Positions 1 through 11,236 of a stretch of 64,000 bases of DNA are shown in pieces (position 1 is the first letter of the stretch; each line of letters begins with the position of its first letter). Position numbers and translations under genes: made by a program. Location: NCBI GenBank assembly GCA_000004985.1, contig GG738886.1; one strand, written 5' to 3'. Source of the DNA: Naegleria gruberi (Eukaryota). Under the pieces are notes generated by a model. The model was not told where the DNA came from and searched no databases. It was given only the letters and a program-made list of their open reading frames with translations.

Positions 1-92
1 TCACCAGTCTTGTAATAGACCAAAACAGCATACTTTTCAGTGGATTCAAGTTCTGGAATATTGCTTCTATCAAGTTCAGTGAGAGTGGTCAT
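1..92 (-). CDS. 5' end of a gene running off the left edge. N-terminus MTTLTELDRSNIPELESTEKYAVLVYYKTG..., function unknown.
   Basis: ATG at 92 on the minus strand; the open frame continues to position 1. The ORF track omits it because it is shorter than 60 aa inside the window. Confidence 0.3.
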   Translation of the reverse strand, partial: MTTLTELDRSNIPELESTEKYAVLVYYKTG

Positions 93-442
93 CTTTATAT
101 CATTCCGAATAGAATTTCATCATTTCCAATTTTAATCAATTTTAATCCAATCATTAACAATTTGTTTTAAATAGCATACATATTCAGCAACAGCATAGAC
201 ATTGTAATCACACAATGATGAAAACAACCAACCTTTTATATAACAAAAAAGTAGTTAGAGGGTTCAATATGTTGTTCTATTTTTTTCGTTTGTGTTTTGT
301 TTCAAGTTTGTCTGGCTTAATTTAGTCTTCCAAATTGCACCTATTAATCGATGAAGGCGAAAATTGATTGTGTTGGAACTTGATGATATTAATAATAATT
401 TCACCTTGTTCATATTTCAAATATTAAAAGCTATAGGGTAAT

Positions 443-1347
443 ATGAAGGTATTGAATGAACCATCAAGAAATTATTATTTTGATGATGATCGGAATAATA
501 ATCGGGAAAAGATGAAGATTAAAAATTTCTTTCAGAAAAAATATTACCAATTATTGGATAGGGGTTTTATGTTTGATTTTTCAAATATTACTAGATTATT
601 ACCCCTATCGATACAGAGATTAATGTAAGTGTAATGGATTTGATGACAATTTGGACTCTTACAATTATTAGAGAAAAATTTAAAAACAATCCTAAATATT
701 CAAAAATCATGAATTTATTGTGGTATGCAGTGATTATCATCGGATTGGTGCCACTCTTGTTAGTCTTGTTTAAAAAGACAGATGAGGATCAACAGCAACC
801 AGGAAATACTCAAAATGGTACCAACAACAATACATCCAATAATACAACAGTTTCTAGGAGAGGGGATTTATCACTGAGTGGAAACAAGGTTTGCCTAAAT
901 GCCAAGGCTTTCCTTCAAGAGGATGAATTATTTGAAAATAGAAACGATCAAAAGGAAAGTGGAGAAATCAATGATGAATTTAATAATGATGAAAGAATTA
1001 AATCATTGAAAGATTTGACCAAGTCAAATGATGTCTATCTTATCTGCCAAGTTTCATCGGATGAAGAACAAAATTATTATCAGGATTTATTAGAGACGAG
1101 ATATGGATTTTTCAATCAAGTCAAGACACTTTTCTGTGAAACAAGCAAGGGTAAAATTGCATTCTGTCGTCAAATTAATCCACAATTATGTTTTGAAGTG
1201 GACAGAGAAACAACCCGAGAATTAATCAGATTCTATCAAAATGTTTACATGATCAAAAAACAAGCCAAAAACGGATTGAATGAAGATAAAGTTTTGGAAT
1301 TTTCAACCATCACAGATGCTCTCACTAATGCATCCAAGAGAAAATAA
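443..1347 (+). CDS. Hypothetical single-pass membrane protein. Proposed model join(443..624,672..1347) with a 47-nt intron gtaagt...ttattag.
   Basis: ORFs 443..628 and 634..1347 merge in frame if the 625-671 intron is removed (phase 2). TM helix LLWYAVIIIGLVPLLLVLF. No family recognised. Confidence 0.4.
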
Positions 1348-1457
1348 ATTTGTAAATAAATTGAAAAGTAATTTAATTGGCTGTCATATTTCTCATAATC
1401 ATGATACTGTCATTGAGATACATTGAAAACAATTTAATTGTAAATATTATTAAAAAA

Positions 1458-3881
1458 ATGGCTAAACATCCACCTTTAAAGATCAAAACACAGCATCGGA
1501 ATCCCGAAGAAGTGAAAGCACTCTTTTCCGAGAATATTAAATACATTGAATCATTTCTAGATAAATTTAACATTTCACCACAAGAATCTGATTCAATAGT
1601 AGATAATTTATTTGAAAAAAACCTTTCATTGCCTCTCTTTGTTTCAATTTATGATGATACCAATAGCAAGATGAAATTTAGTAATATATTGACCTTTTTG
1701 AAATATTTATTAACTGTTGGATCTTCTGCAAAAGTTACAGGAGAGGATATTACCGAATTGATTGTAAAAGTTTCACCTTGCATTGAGTTTATTCAATATG
1801 GACTAGATAATGATATTGGAAATAGTTTTGATAAATTATTGAGTGGAAATGAACGAATTGATTTTTCATCCGATAAAATTGTTGAGGAATGGCTCGTATC
1901 AACTTACCATATCTACTTTTGCATGATTAAACAATTCATAGCTACAGGTAAACTTTCTTTGAAAATAATTCAATATTTTAGGAAAGCACTTCTTCATTTA
2001 CTAGTTATTTTGAGACATATTGGTAATAGAAAAAGAATGGCAATAATGAATGGAGACACTGATTTCAACCTTTCATTCTCAGAAAAGTCATTTATGGTTT
2101 TATGTTCTAATTTACTCAAAAAGGGATTTAAACATGGTTTTTTGCAATCCAATTATGCTCATCAAAGAGTTTTCTTGGAGGGTATCTACTATTGTTTTGA
2201 TAATAGGATGAATTATGCCAAGTTTCTACACACCTTGTTAGTGTCTACAGAAAAGAGAGGATTTAGAACGATGCGTTCCTTAATAAGAAATGATATTCAA
2301 GATATTGGAGAATTGACTGGAAATGATATTATTCCACATGGAATAAGTAAGGGTGACACTGCCACAAATGTTGCTACTAGAGCGGTCAAATTTCTATGTT
2401 CTCTGTATGGTAAAATGAAGGATATAAATATGACACTACTTCCAGTTCTCCTTGAATTCCTACCTTTCGTGTTGAAAGTTTTGAATTGGACCTTTATCCC
2501 AGCATTTTTAAAAGAAGTTGCAACACAAGTTTGTGCAGTACTCGTAGGAACATTTGAACATGCAGCAACACCAACAGTGGAGAATGAACATTATCTCAAC
2601 ATTATCAGAGACGCCCTTCCATTCCTATTTAACTATGTTTCAACAAAGATTCAAGACCTTTCTAGTGGAACGCAAGTACTGTGCTATAATATGATTATTT
2701 GGATTGCTAAAACACGAACTTCTTTCACTATCGAACAATTGACTCCACTGCTAGAGATTTATGAACCTAAATTAATAAGTAAGAAAGAGTACTTGGAAAT
2801 GATCAAATCTGTATGGGTTCGTACCGTTGGTAGAGAACATGTTCTAAATCCATTTTTTATGAAACGATTGTCAGAAATGTCAGAAATTGAAATTCTACAT
2901 GAGGAAGCCTTGCCAAGAGTGAAAATGATTATGCATCTTTTGAATATATTTTCACAATCTATTAATAATTACATTGATTTAAAAGTAGTGGCCGCTTTAA
3001 CCATTAAGAAAATTGAGGAATTTCTGAACAAGACTGAAAGCACTACTTTACAGGACTTTGATATGAGCAATACCTTCTGTAAAATTTTAATCCATTGTAT
3101 TGATAACATTACAGATGTGGAGAATATCTTTCCAATTCTACACGACCTCATTAAGGTAGCCATCAGTACTGAGCATATTCATCGAACTATCAGTTCTTCT
3201 GATATTTCTGATTTGAATGATTTTATCTTTAGACTTTTCAAATATGAAGAGGGATACTTTTTAGATTTGGTTCGTTTATTGCATGACAGAGGTTTATTGG
3301 AAAAGTGTTGCAAGGGAGAGGAATCAGGTGAACTCATTAATAACCTTATACTGCCCTATGTACTTGAACAATCAAAAGGTGGTGAGAGTCGTGTTCCAAG
3401 TCAAGCTACTTGGGTACTCATCAGTTTAGTTGTCTCTGATATGGTATCTTCAAGAAAACTAGTCGAAAGGATCAAGCATCACATTATAGAGAGCTGTTCC
3501 TTCCTTCGTGATGGCCCTACAAAGTTTGACTTTTTACAGAGACCTTACTACAAGGCCTTACTGAGTCTTGCCACTTTAATCTTTGCATACTATCCAGAGG
3601 AGATGATTGACTATCTACTTCCAAATAGTCAGGTTCTATTTTCCTCTGCACTTACATCACCTGACACTAGCAATTATTTCCCACTATTGTACAATTTTAC
3701 ATTGAGTGCTGCAGAGTATTTTTTGGATAATGATTTACTTTCTAAAAGTCCTGAGATGTTACTTTCACTTCAAGTGCTCTTTACATTTGTTCATTACATG
3801 CCACTGAATGTATCCAATATTATTCTAGTACGTCGAGTTGTGAATAAGTTTGATTTGAGTGTTAGGGAATTTTCTTCATAG
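1458..3881 (+). CDS. Large alpha-helical hypothetical protein of about 807 aa.
   Basis: Long uninterrupted ORF. The track starts at TTG 1377; the first ATG is at 1458 (MAKHPPLKIK...). Composition is leucine-rich and helical with no recognisable catalytic motif. Confidence 0.55.
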   Translation: MAKHPPLKIKTQHRNPEEVKALFSENIKYIESFLDKFNISPQESDSIVDNLFEKNLSLPLFVSIYDDTNSKMKFSNILTFLKYLLTVGSSAKVTGEDITELIVKVSPCIEFIQYGLDNDIGNSFDKLLSGNERIDFSSDKIVEEWLVSTYHIYFCMIKQFIATGKLSLKIIQYFRKALLHLLVILRHIGNRKRMAIMNGDTDFNLSFSEKSFMVLCSNLLKKGFKHGFLQSNYAHQRVFLEGIYYCFDNRMNYAKFLHTLLVSTEKRGFRTMRSLIRNDIQDIGELTGNDIIPHGISKGDTATNVATRAVKFLCSLYGKMKDINMTLLPVLLEFLPFVLKVLNWTFIPAFLKEVATQVCAVLVGTFEHAATPTVENEHYLNIIRDALPFLFNYVSTKIQDLSSGTQVLCYNMIIWIAKTRTSFTIEQLTPLLEIYEPKLISKKEYLEMIKSVWVRTVGREHVLNPFFMKRLSEMSEIEILHEEALPRVKMIMHLLNIFSQSINNYIDLKVVAALTIKKIEEFLNKTESTTLQDFDMSNTFCKILIHCIDNITDVENIFPILHDLIKVAISTEHIHRTISSSDISDLNDFIFRLFKYEEGYFLDLVRLLHDRGLLEKCCKGEESGELINNLILPYVLEQSKGGESRVPSQATWVLISLVVSDMVSSRKLVERIKHHIIESCSFLRDGPTKFDFLQRPYYKALLSLATLIFAYYPEEMIDYLLPNSQVLFSSALTSPDTSNYFPLLYNFTLSAAEYFLDNDLLSKSPEMLLSLQVLFTFVHYMPLNVSNIILVRRVVNKFDLSVREFSS

Positions 3882-4307
3882 AAGAATATTGGAATCGAAT
3901 TGGATATTATGGCCAATAATGAAAAATAAGAGAATCATAAAATGATAAGAGAATTGAAATGAGAATTTTTTTGGAATATTCAATCTTCTCTTTAAATACA
4001 AAGATTCAACATCAAGAATTGTCATTACTAAGATATTCATATAATACAATGAACACTCCCAATAAAGTATTCTGAATGAAAATCTACAAGGAATTTCAAA
4101 TAGAAACCAATTGCTTCATAGGCTTGTAATGGACTCATTCACTCCGCCTTACTGAAAGTGGTTGTTGGATTCCAATTAGATTCTGTTTAAATGAGCTTAA
4201 AATACCTCACCAACAGCACAATCCAATTCAATTCAGCCTGAAAAAAACAAATTCAAAACGCGTTGTTTGCGCAAACCTCTGTACAAAATACAAAACACAC
4301 TCGAGAT

Positions 4308-5336
4308 ATGATGGGAAAGAAATTATTTATTGGTGGGATTATGATGATCATGATGAGCATGATGATCGTTGCTGTAGTGAGCGAGACCACAGCTATTGCT
4401 AGCTCAGCCATTGAAATTTACACCCAAATGGATAATGCTGAAAAATCCGCTGTTACTAGCACCACTGTTGCTGTCAATAATACTCAAACTGCCATTTCTC
4501 TTTATAATTATCAATATCTCACAGTCAATAGTCTTCCTGGTTATGCTTGGAATTACTATTATGTTGACTTGAATGCCAACTCTTATGTTTCCATTTCACA
4601 TGCCAGTAGAAGTGGTGGTTCTATGGAAATTTTGATGAATCACTATGATCGTCCAACTATTTACTCCTACAGCAAGAAGAATTATCTCTACACTTATCAA
4701 TCTACTTTGACCAGTGACCCAAAGAGCTATTATAACAGACTTTACATTGCTGTCAGAAATACTAATTCTTATGCCAGTAATGGTTACACTTTGAGCGTTA
4801 GAATTTATACCAATACTGTCACTCCAACCCCTACACCAACCACCACCACTATTTATAGAACTAACTATGGTTTGACTCTTGGAATGGGTGTTCCTGCTTT
4901 GGTTATTACTCTCATTCTCTTCTTTGTTGTCCTTTCTCAAATTAAGAAGATTAAGCTCTTGACCTCAAGAATTGAACAACTCGAAAAGAAGTTGCAATAC
5001 AACATGCAACCACTCTCTGAACAAGAAATGCCTGTCATGATGAATATTCCACTCATGTCTGCCAATACTTTACAACAAGATCATGAAGAAATTCAACAAG
5101 TTCCACAAACTCAACCAATTGTTCAACCTCCAACTATCAATGCTGTTCCAGAACAACAACCAACTACTCTTCCACATTTCTTCCCACAATTTGTTCAACA
5201 ACAACAATTGCCACCTCAATTCAGAAATGCTCAACCTTATCCATTCATGTATCCACCACAAGTTGTTTTTGCTCAACAACCACAAGTTCAACCTGTTATT
5301 GCTCAACAACAAACTACTGGTCAATCCAAACAATAA
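4308..5336 (+). CDS. Type-I membrane protein: signal peptide, PPC-like (pre-peptidase C-terminal-like) beta-sandwich ectodomain, Thr/Pro stalk, one TM, Gln/Pro-rich cytoplasmic tail.
   Basis: MMGKKLFIGGIMMIMMSMMIVAVVS signal-like N-terminus. YYYVDLNANSYVSISHASRSGGSMEILMNHYDRPT...NRLYIAVRNTNSYASNGYTLSVRIY matches the PPC pattern (DLDL.L...G...S......E.I....GtYY.V.....SG.Y.L). TM GMGVPALVITLILFFVVL. Tail rich in QQ/PQ. Confidence 0.5.
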   Translation: MMGKKLFIGGIMMIMMSMMIVAVVSETTAIASSAIEIYTQMDNAEKSAVTSTTVAVNNTQTAISLYNYQYLTVNSLPGYAWNYYYVDLNANSYVSISHASRSGGSMEILMNHYDRPTIYSYSKKNYLYTYQSTLTSDPKSYYNRLYIAVRNTNSYASNGYTLSVRIYTNTVTPTPTPTTTTIYRTNYGLTLGMGVPALVITLILFFVVLSQIKKIKLLTSRIEQLEKKLQYNMQPLSEQEMPVMMNIPLMSANTLQQDHEEIQQVPQTQPIVQPPTINAVPEQQPTTLPHFFPQFVQQQQLPPQFRNAQPYPFMYPPQVVFAQQPQVQPVIAQQQTTGQSKQ

Positions 5337-5745
5337 ATTATTAACATGTAAATATTGCTTACAATTTGCGTCTTTTTCTTATTGAAATCAGAAATTAGGT
5401 TCATTTTAGTGCCAATTACCAATAAGATCTGATAATCAGATCGAAATCTGAACACTTAATACATTTCTGATCACAGAAAGGGCTGTGAAAGGTTTACCTT
5501 CAGTCCAAGCCACCATAATAAGGCCATCAATTTTTCAACCTTATTTTTACTCTCCGTTTCTCTTGTTGAAACTTCTTAACAATTTTCATAATTACTACCC
5601 TATCAGTGCCAAGTCAATATCCATTCTTAAACGGGTCCTCCTTTCCATTTTACAGAACTCGTTATTATTAATATTGTACTTTATTTAGAAAGTGGAATTG
5701 CTCAATAGGGACGAGGTACATTCATTTGCCAAACCCTTAAAAAGA

Positions 5746-7551
5746 ATGGGATCAACAGCATCCACCCCAACTTCCTTCACTTCATCAAATCATAGAGTAT
5801 CGACAACATCAACAGGAGAAGGAAGTACCTTAAGTGATCTATTGTCAGACTATAATATCACCACCAAGACAAGTAGAAGTAGTAACAATAATAATAATAG
5901 ATCTTCATCACTCATATCGATTGATTCTGAATCATCACTACTGGGTAATCAATCATCATTGTCAGGTAGTGAATTTCAGGATGGAAAACAGAGCTCTTCC
6001 TACTCTTCACTTCACTCCTTTCCTCCAACAAAGAGAAGAAGTGCAGCAGCCAATCCCTTATTGTTGAATAATAGCACTGGCAATGCCAAATCGTATCCCT
6101 TATTACCTGCAGTTGGTACGAGAGTGTCGACAGCTTCTTCATCGAAACGATCGGCTGCTCTTCATCAATCAGCTAATCAATTGAATTCTAATAAGCCAAG
6201 TGATGAATGCTATGGTGCTTCTTCGATACATTTGCCAACTCTAAATAGCAATTCATCATCAGCGATGAATATGATGAATATTAACAACACAGCAGCCTCA
6301 ATAGGTACTTCTTCTACAAATAATAACAACAATATTAACAGTATGATTAATAATACTGTTTCCACTGATGAAATGTATCACAACCTCCTCACCAAGTCCT
6401 CCTCTAAGAATTCCCTCCACAACATGATGATGATGAATGCAATGAGCAATGTATCAGCTTCATCAACTTCATCATCACCTACCTCCTCCTCAATAACAAT
6501 CTATTCAACGCCCAATCAACACTCCTCTCCTAAGTGGTCCAATACTTCAAAACCTCATCATCATCAACCACGAAATCATCCATCCAATAATTCCCACTCT
6601 TACATATCGACGCCTCCAGAGGATTCCTTGCTTAATCATCCAATTACGCCAAAAGTTAAATCGCCACAATTCAATTTACAGAACAATTTCTCCAATAGTC
6701 CAATAATATCAAATCATTCAACATCGTCGAGTAATAATGATCAGAATGATGAAACAGGTTCTATTAAATCGAATTCAACAGCTTCGACACCCTCCTCAGT
6801 GTCAAATTCTCCAAGAAGAGGTGTTTCATTGCTGCAAGTGGCTGAACAAATTCATCCCTTACAAGACTTAATTTCAGTTCCACGATTAACTCAATCAAGA
6901 TCATTGGGAATACTTGAAGAATATTTACCAGTAACATCAAGTACTAGTTCAGGTCAGTTACAATCATTGAATCCTCCTAATAGTTGTAATGGAAGCACAT
7001 CTGCTCGAAGGAGTAAGAAAACTTCTACTCCCACACTTAAGGATATTCAAGATATGTGCTACAACTCTGAGAACCTTTCACAACAAATCGATATGGAAGA
7101 GGAAAAGAAGAGAAAGCTTGCAGCTCACAAGAAACGAACTGAATTGGCAGAACCGTATCGAGTTGGCACCACAGCCAACAAAACAAGAGAACCTCGTTAT
7201 GGAGATACTCTTTCCTCTCAGCAAGCTAATAGAAGAAACCAATCTCGTTCGTCTTTAAGAAAAGGTCCAGACTCTGATCAATTGAAGTGTGAATTGACCA
7301 ATTCACCAACAGGACTTGATGCAATCCTCTTGAATTCCTCCAGAACTCTCACCAACTTTGGTAATGAAGCTGTTGCCATTTATGTGACATGCCCAACATG
7401 TGCACCTGAAATTAAAACACCAGCCAAGAGTATTGCTAAGGAAAAGAAGAGAAGAGTCTTAATGTTGCACCAGAAACATTCGGAGAGAAAGAACAATCAA
7501 CATCAGCAGACGAGGAGATCTCATTCGGTGATTGGAATTGTTCATCATTGA
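5746..7551 (+). CDS. Ser/Asn/Thr-rich low-complexity protein with a basic C-terminal region; probably nuclear.
   Basis: ORF 5692..7551; first ATG at 5746 (MGSTASTP...). Long homopolymeric N and S tracts. C-terminal KRKLAAHKKR and KEKKRR basic clusters. Confidence 0.5.
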   Translation: MGSTASTPTSFTSSNHRVSTTSTGEGSTLSDLLSDYNITTKTSRSSNNNNNRSSSLISIDSESSLLGNQSSLSGSEFQDGKQSSSYSSLHSFPPTKRRSAAANPLLLNNSTGNAKSYPLLPAVGTRVSTASSSKRSAALHQSANQLNSNKPSDECYGASSIHLPTLNSNSSSAMNMMNINNTAASIGTSSTNNNNNINSMINNTVSTDEMYHNLLTKSSSKNSLHNMMMMNAMSNVSASSTSSSPTSSSITIYSTPNQHSSPKWSNTSKPHHHQPRNHPSNNSHSYISTPPEDSLLNHPITPKVKSPQFNLQNNFSNSPIISNHSTSSSNNDQNDETGSIKSNSTASTPSSVSNSPRRGVSLLQVAEQIHPLQDLISVPRLTQSRSLGILEEYLPVTSSTSSGQLQSLNPPNSCNGSTSARRSKKTSTPTLKDIQDMCYNSENLSQQIDMEEEKKRKLAAHKKRTELAEPYRVGTTANKTREPRYGDTLSSQQANRRNQSRSSLRKGPDSDQLKCELTNSPTGLDAILLNSSRTLTNFGNEAVAIYVTCPTCAPEIKTPAKSIAKEKKRRVLMLHQKHSERKNNQHQQTRRSHSVIGIVHH

Positions 7552-7699
7552 TTTGCTTATTGGAAGAAGAATTTAGAGATTTATTTGCGAGAGAATTTGA
7601 TTTTTAATTTATTATTAAACTTTGTAATTTTAAATTGAAAGTATTTAAATGTAATATTTAATATATTTAAAAAAATTGTATTTAAAAATTTAAAAAAAA

Positions 7700-10600
7700 A
7701 TGTTCACCATATTCGAAGATGACGGTGCAGATGATAATATTGAAGTTGATGATCATCCGATACAATCACTCCAATATCGGGATACTAAAATTAAAGCAAC
7801 ATCATCATCGTTACAAATTCATCAAGACAATGATGATGAATTGGAATTGATGGAAGAAGGAGCAGGATCAATGGTAGGTGGTTTAAAACTATACAACAAC
7901 CTCTATAATTTATAATTAATATTATTATCTAGTCAATTCCTTCGGATCAATTTTCATCATCATCAGCTTTTGGAAGAACACATCAACAACAACGAAGATT
8001 TAAAATTCATTCTGATGCTGATAGAACAGAAAATTTACCACCTTCATTGGTACAATCAGCATTGAATCAATCTGCTAATAGGAGAGTATTTGGAGCTGTT
8101 TTATCGGATAGTGGTAGCTTGGAACATTCAACAGTAGGATCATCATCTAATACTAGGCAATCTGTTGAAACTGCTAATAATAATACAACAGAAGATGAGG
8201 AGGAAAAGCCATTTGATAAATATTGGAATGTTCAGTTACCTTCTTCAAGGATTAGACCTTCGGTTTCTTCACAATTAAATACAACATTGAATAGGAGTTC
8301 GAATAGTGGTGGAGCAGTAGGAAATGGAGCAGATTTGCTTATGAAATCACCATTGGCAGCTCGATTATTGAGTCCATCAACAAGGAATGCCATTTCAAAC
8401 ATTTCATCAACAAGTCTTAATGAATCTGTCAAGAATGTTCAAGGAACAAATGATGAAAATTTCGAAAATTATGTGCATGAAACTTTCGGAACAAATTCAA
8501 ATAAGAATAATCAATCGATTGTGAATAGAAAACCTGCAATTAGTGTATTCGAGGATGAAAATATTGAAAAATCTACCATTGAGGAACAATATTTATTTGG
8601 TGCTGAGGATGAAGAACCATCGATGGAAACTAATGTAAATAGAAACTTTGAGAAAAGACCTTCTCAACAATCCAACAATCAATTTTCTTCTCCTTTGAAA
8701 AAAAGAAAATTAGCTTCACAACAATTAATTTCTAATGCTGGTCATACGGAAGTTGAGGATGAGGAAGAAGATTTGGCCAATTGTTCACTTGTCATTTCAC
8801 CACCTCCTTTTGATGAAGAGGAAACATCCTCTGCTGCCAATAACATGCTCTTTGGAAATGATGAAGAAAATGTGAGTGGACCAATCTTGGAAGCAGGTCT
8901 CTACACTGGACGATCCAGGGATAGAAAGAGTAGAATTAAAAGTAGTTACTATGAGCCAGGATCACCACTCAATACTGGCCTTGAGAATAATCCTTCAATG
9001 ATCATTTCGAGTTCACCACTCTTGAAATATACAGTACCATCGACGGAGAGTGCCAGCAACAACAACATGCTGAATGATAGTATTACCAATAGAAGCTCTA
9101 TTCTCAATGAGAGCCTCAGAGAGAGGGACGACATTATCGATCAATTGAATAATGAAGCTGAGGGAGAGAGAAGAAAACTCAAAGAATACAAGCTTCTCAT
9201 CGAAAAACTTCAATCAGAGAATGCTCACCTCAAGCAACAAAACTCTTCAATCAAAAAGAAGAATGAGGAAATACTGATAGAAACAGAAAAGGAAAATAAC
9301 ACTAGGGAACTTGAAATTCAATCTTTGAAAGAGAAAATTGCCGAACAACAAACCACTATTAACTTACAAAATCTTTCCAAGACTCAAAAAGAATCTAAAT
9401 TTACAGAAATCGAAAGTAAAATTTCTGGAATCAACAAGACTGTAGAGACTTTGAAAAGTGATATTGTACAAAAGGACATTACCATAGAAACTCTCAATAG
9501 TCAAATTGAATCAATGAACAAACAATTGGAGGAAGCATCAACTACCAATTCTGAACTAATGACCGTCTATCACTCTCAAAAACATGAATTTAATTTATTA
9601 AGCCATGAATATGAAATACTGACATTCAAAACTTCACAATATGATTCAAAGATTCAAGAACTTGACCAATTACAAGATGAAATCAAGACACTCAAAGCAG
9701 AGCTAAATGAAAGAAATGAGGACAAGAAAAAGATACGAATCTTGGAAGCGGAATTGCAAAAGGCCAGTGAATCTCTCCAATCACAAGAAGTTCTCAAGGA
9801 AGCCATCAAGGACTTTGAATCTGAGTTGACCAAGTTGGAAGTTCTTCGAATTGAAAATAGTTCACTCGAGTCCAAGTTGTACAATACTGAATCACTTTTA
9901 AAGAGCTGGGAAAGTGCCTTCCCTAATAATACTCCATCGGATGTAAACTACAATATCAAGTTACAAGCCAAGAAAATAACTCGCCTCGAAGAAACCATTC
10001 AAGAAGTGAATCAAGAAAAGTTTGACATTGCCAAGCATGTGGAACGTTTAACTGTGGAGTTGGAATCAAGGGAGACAGAATGTGCCGAACTTCGAAATGA
10101 AAACAAGCAACTCGAAGAGAAACTGGCCAGCACTGAAGTAAAGCTCTTCGCTGCCAAGAACCAATTGGAGAGCTCTATGAAATTTGCTCACATCAACGAC
10201 AAGGAAGAGGCTATGAATGCTGCTGCCGATGAGGAAACTAAGGAAAAGATAGGCCATCACATGAGTAGAATAGCTGCCCTTGAAAAGATCATTGAGGAGA
10301 AGGATGTAAATACTCGTGAACTATTTGAAAGATTGGATATTTTGCAAAAACAAATAATTGACAAACAGACTCTTATCGAAAACTTTGAACATGAAGTGGA
10401 GAAGGTTAATGCTCAAAAGTTGGAAGTTCAAACCAAATCAGATGAATTACAGGTACGAGTTGAAAAATTGGAAAAGAACAGAGACGCTCTCGAATTGGAA
10501 ATTGCAAACTATGAAAAGAGACTAGGAAAGGGAGAATACAATAAGGAGAAATTCAAAATTCTTCACATGAAAATCAACCCAGAAATTGAGGCCAAAAAAT

Positions 10601-11085
10601 CCAGTGACAATGACATTGAACGATTAAAGACAGAAAATAAGCTCCTCACCGAAGAAATTACCTCCCTCAAAGAGCAATTACAAATCTCCTCCAACGATAA
10701 TGCCTCCAGCTCAATTAACAATCAACGAGAAATTGAAAAGCTCAAAGAAGAAAATGCAGATGCCCAACGCAGAATTACCAAGCTCAAAGAAGTTTTCCAA
10801 AAGAGAATTAACGAATTTAGAAAATCAATCTATCTCTTATTTGGTTTCAGAGTTGATGTCATTGAAAATAATCGATTCAGATTGAGCAGCATGTATGCAG
10901 AATCTCCAGAAGATTATCTCATCTTTGAAAGTGATGGAAATGCCATGAAACTCTTAAACTCTGAATTTGCTTGTTCACTAGAGGAAAAATCCATGAGATT
11001 TTTAAAGAATTTCAGATCCATTCCAGGATTTTTATGTTCCATTACTTTGGATTTATTCAACAAGCAAACTGTTTTCACCCAATAA
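7700..11085 (+). CDS. mad1: Spindle assembly checkpoint protein MAD1, join(7700..7873,7933..11085).
   Basis: The 59-nt intron 7874-7932 (gtaggt...tatctag) joins the two ORFs in phase 0. There is a roughly 600-aa coiled coil. Mad2-interaction motif KFKILHMKINPE (human KVLHMSLNP). The C-terminal domain RINEFRKSIYLLFGFRVDVIENNRFRLSSMYAESPEDYLIFES...IPGFLCSITLDLFNKQTVF is colinear with human MAD1 ([41 protein letters not shown]...IPAFLSSLTLELFSRQTV). Confidence 0.85.
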
Positions 11086-11236
11086 TAATTTTGATTCATC
11101 ATTATTATTAATATAGTTAAAACTTTCATCAGTAAACAATCCAAAGTTGGAAAAACTATAAAAACATGAATATTACACAACCTTACTTTATCACCACGAC
11201 ATTACAATACGCACGAACAAGCCACACAAATGATCA

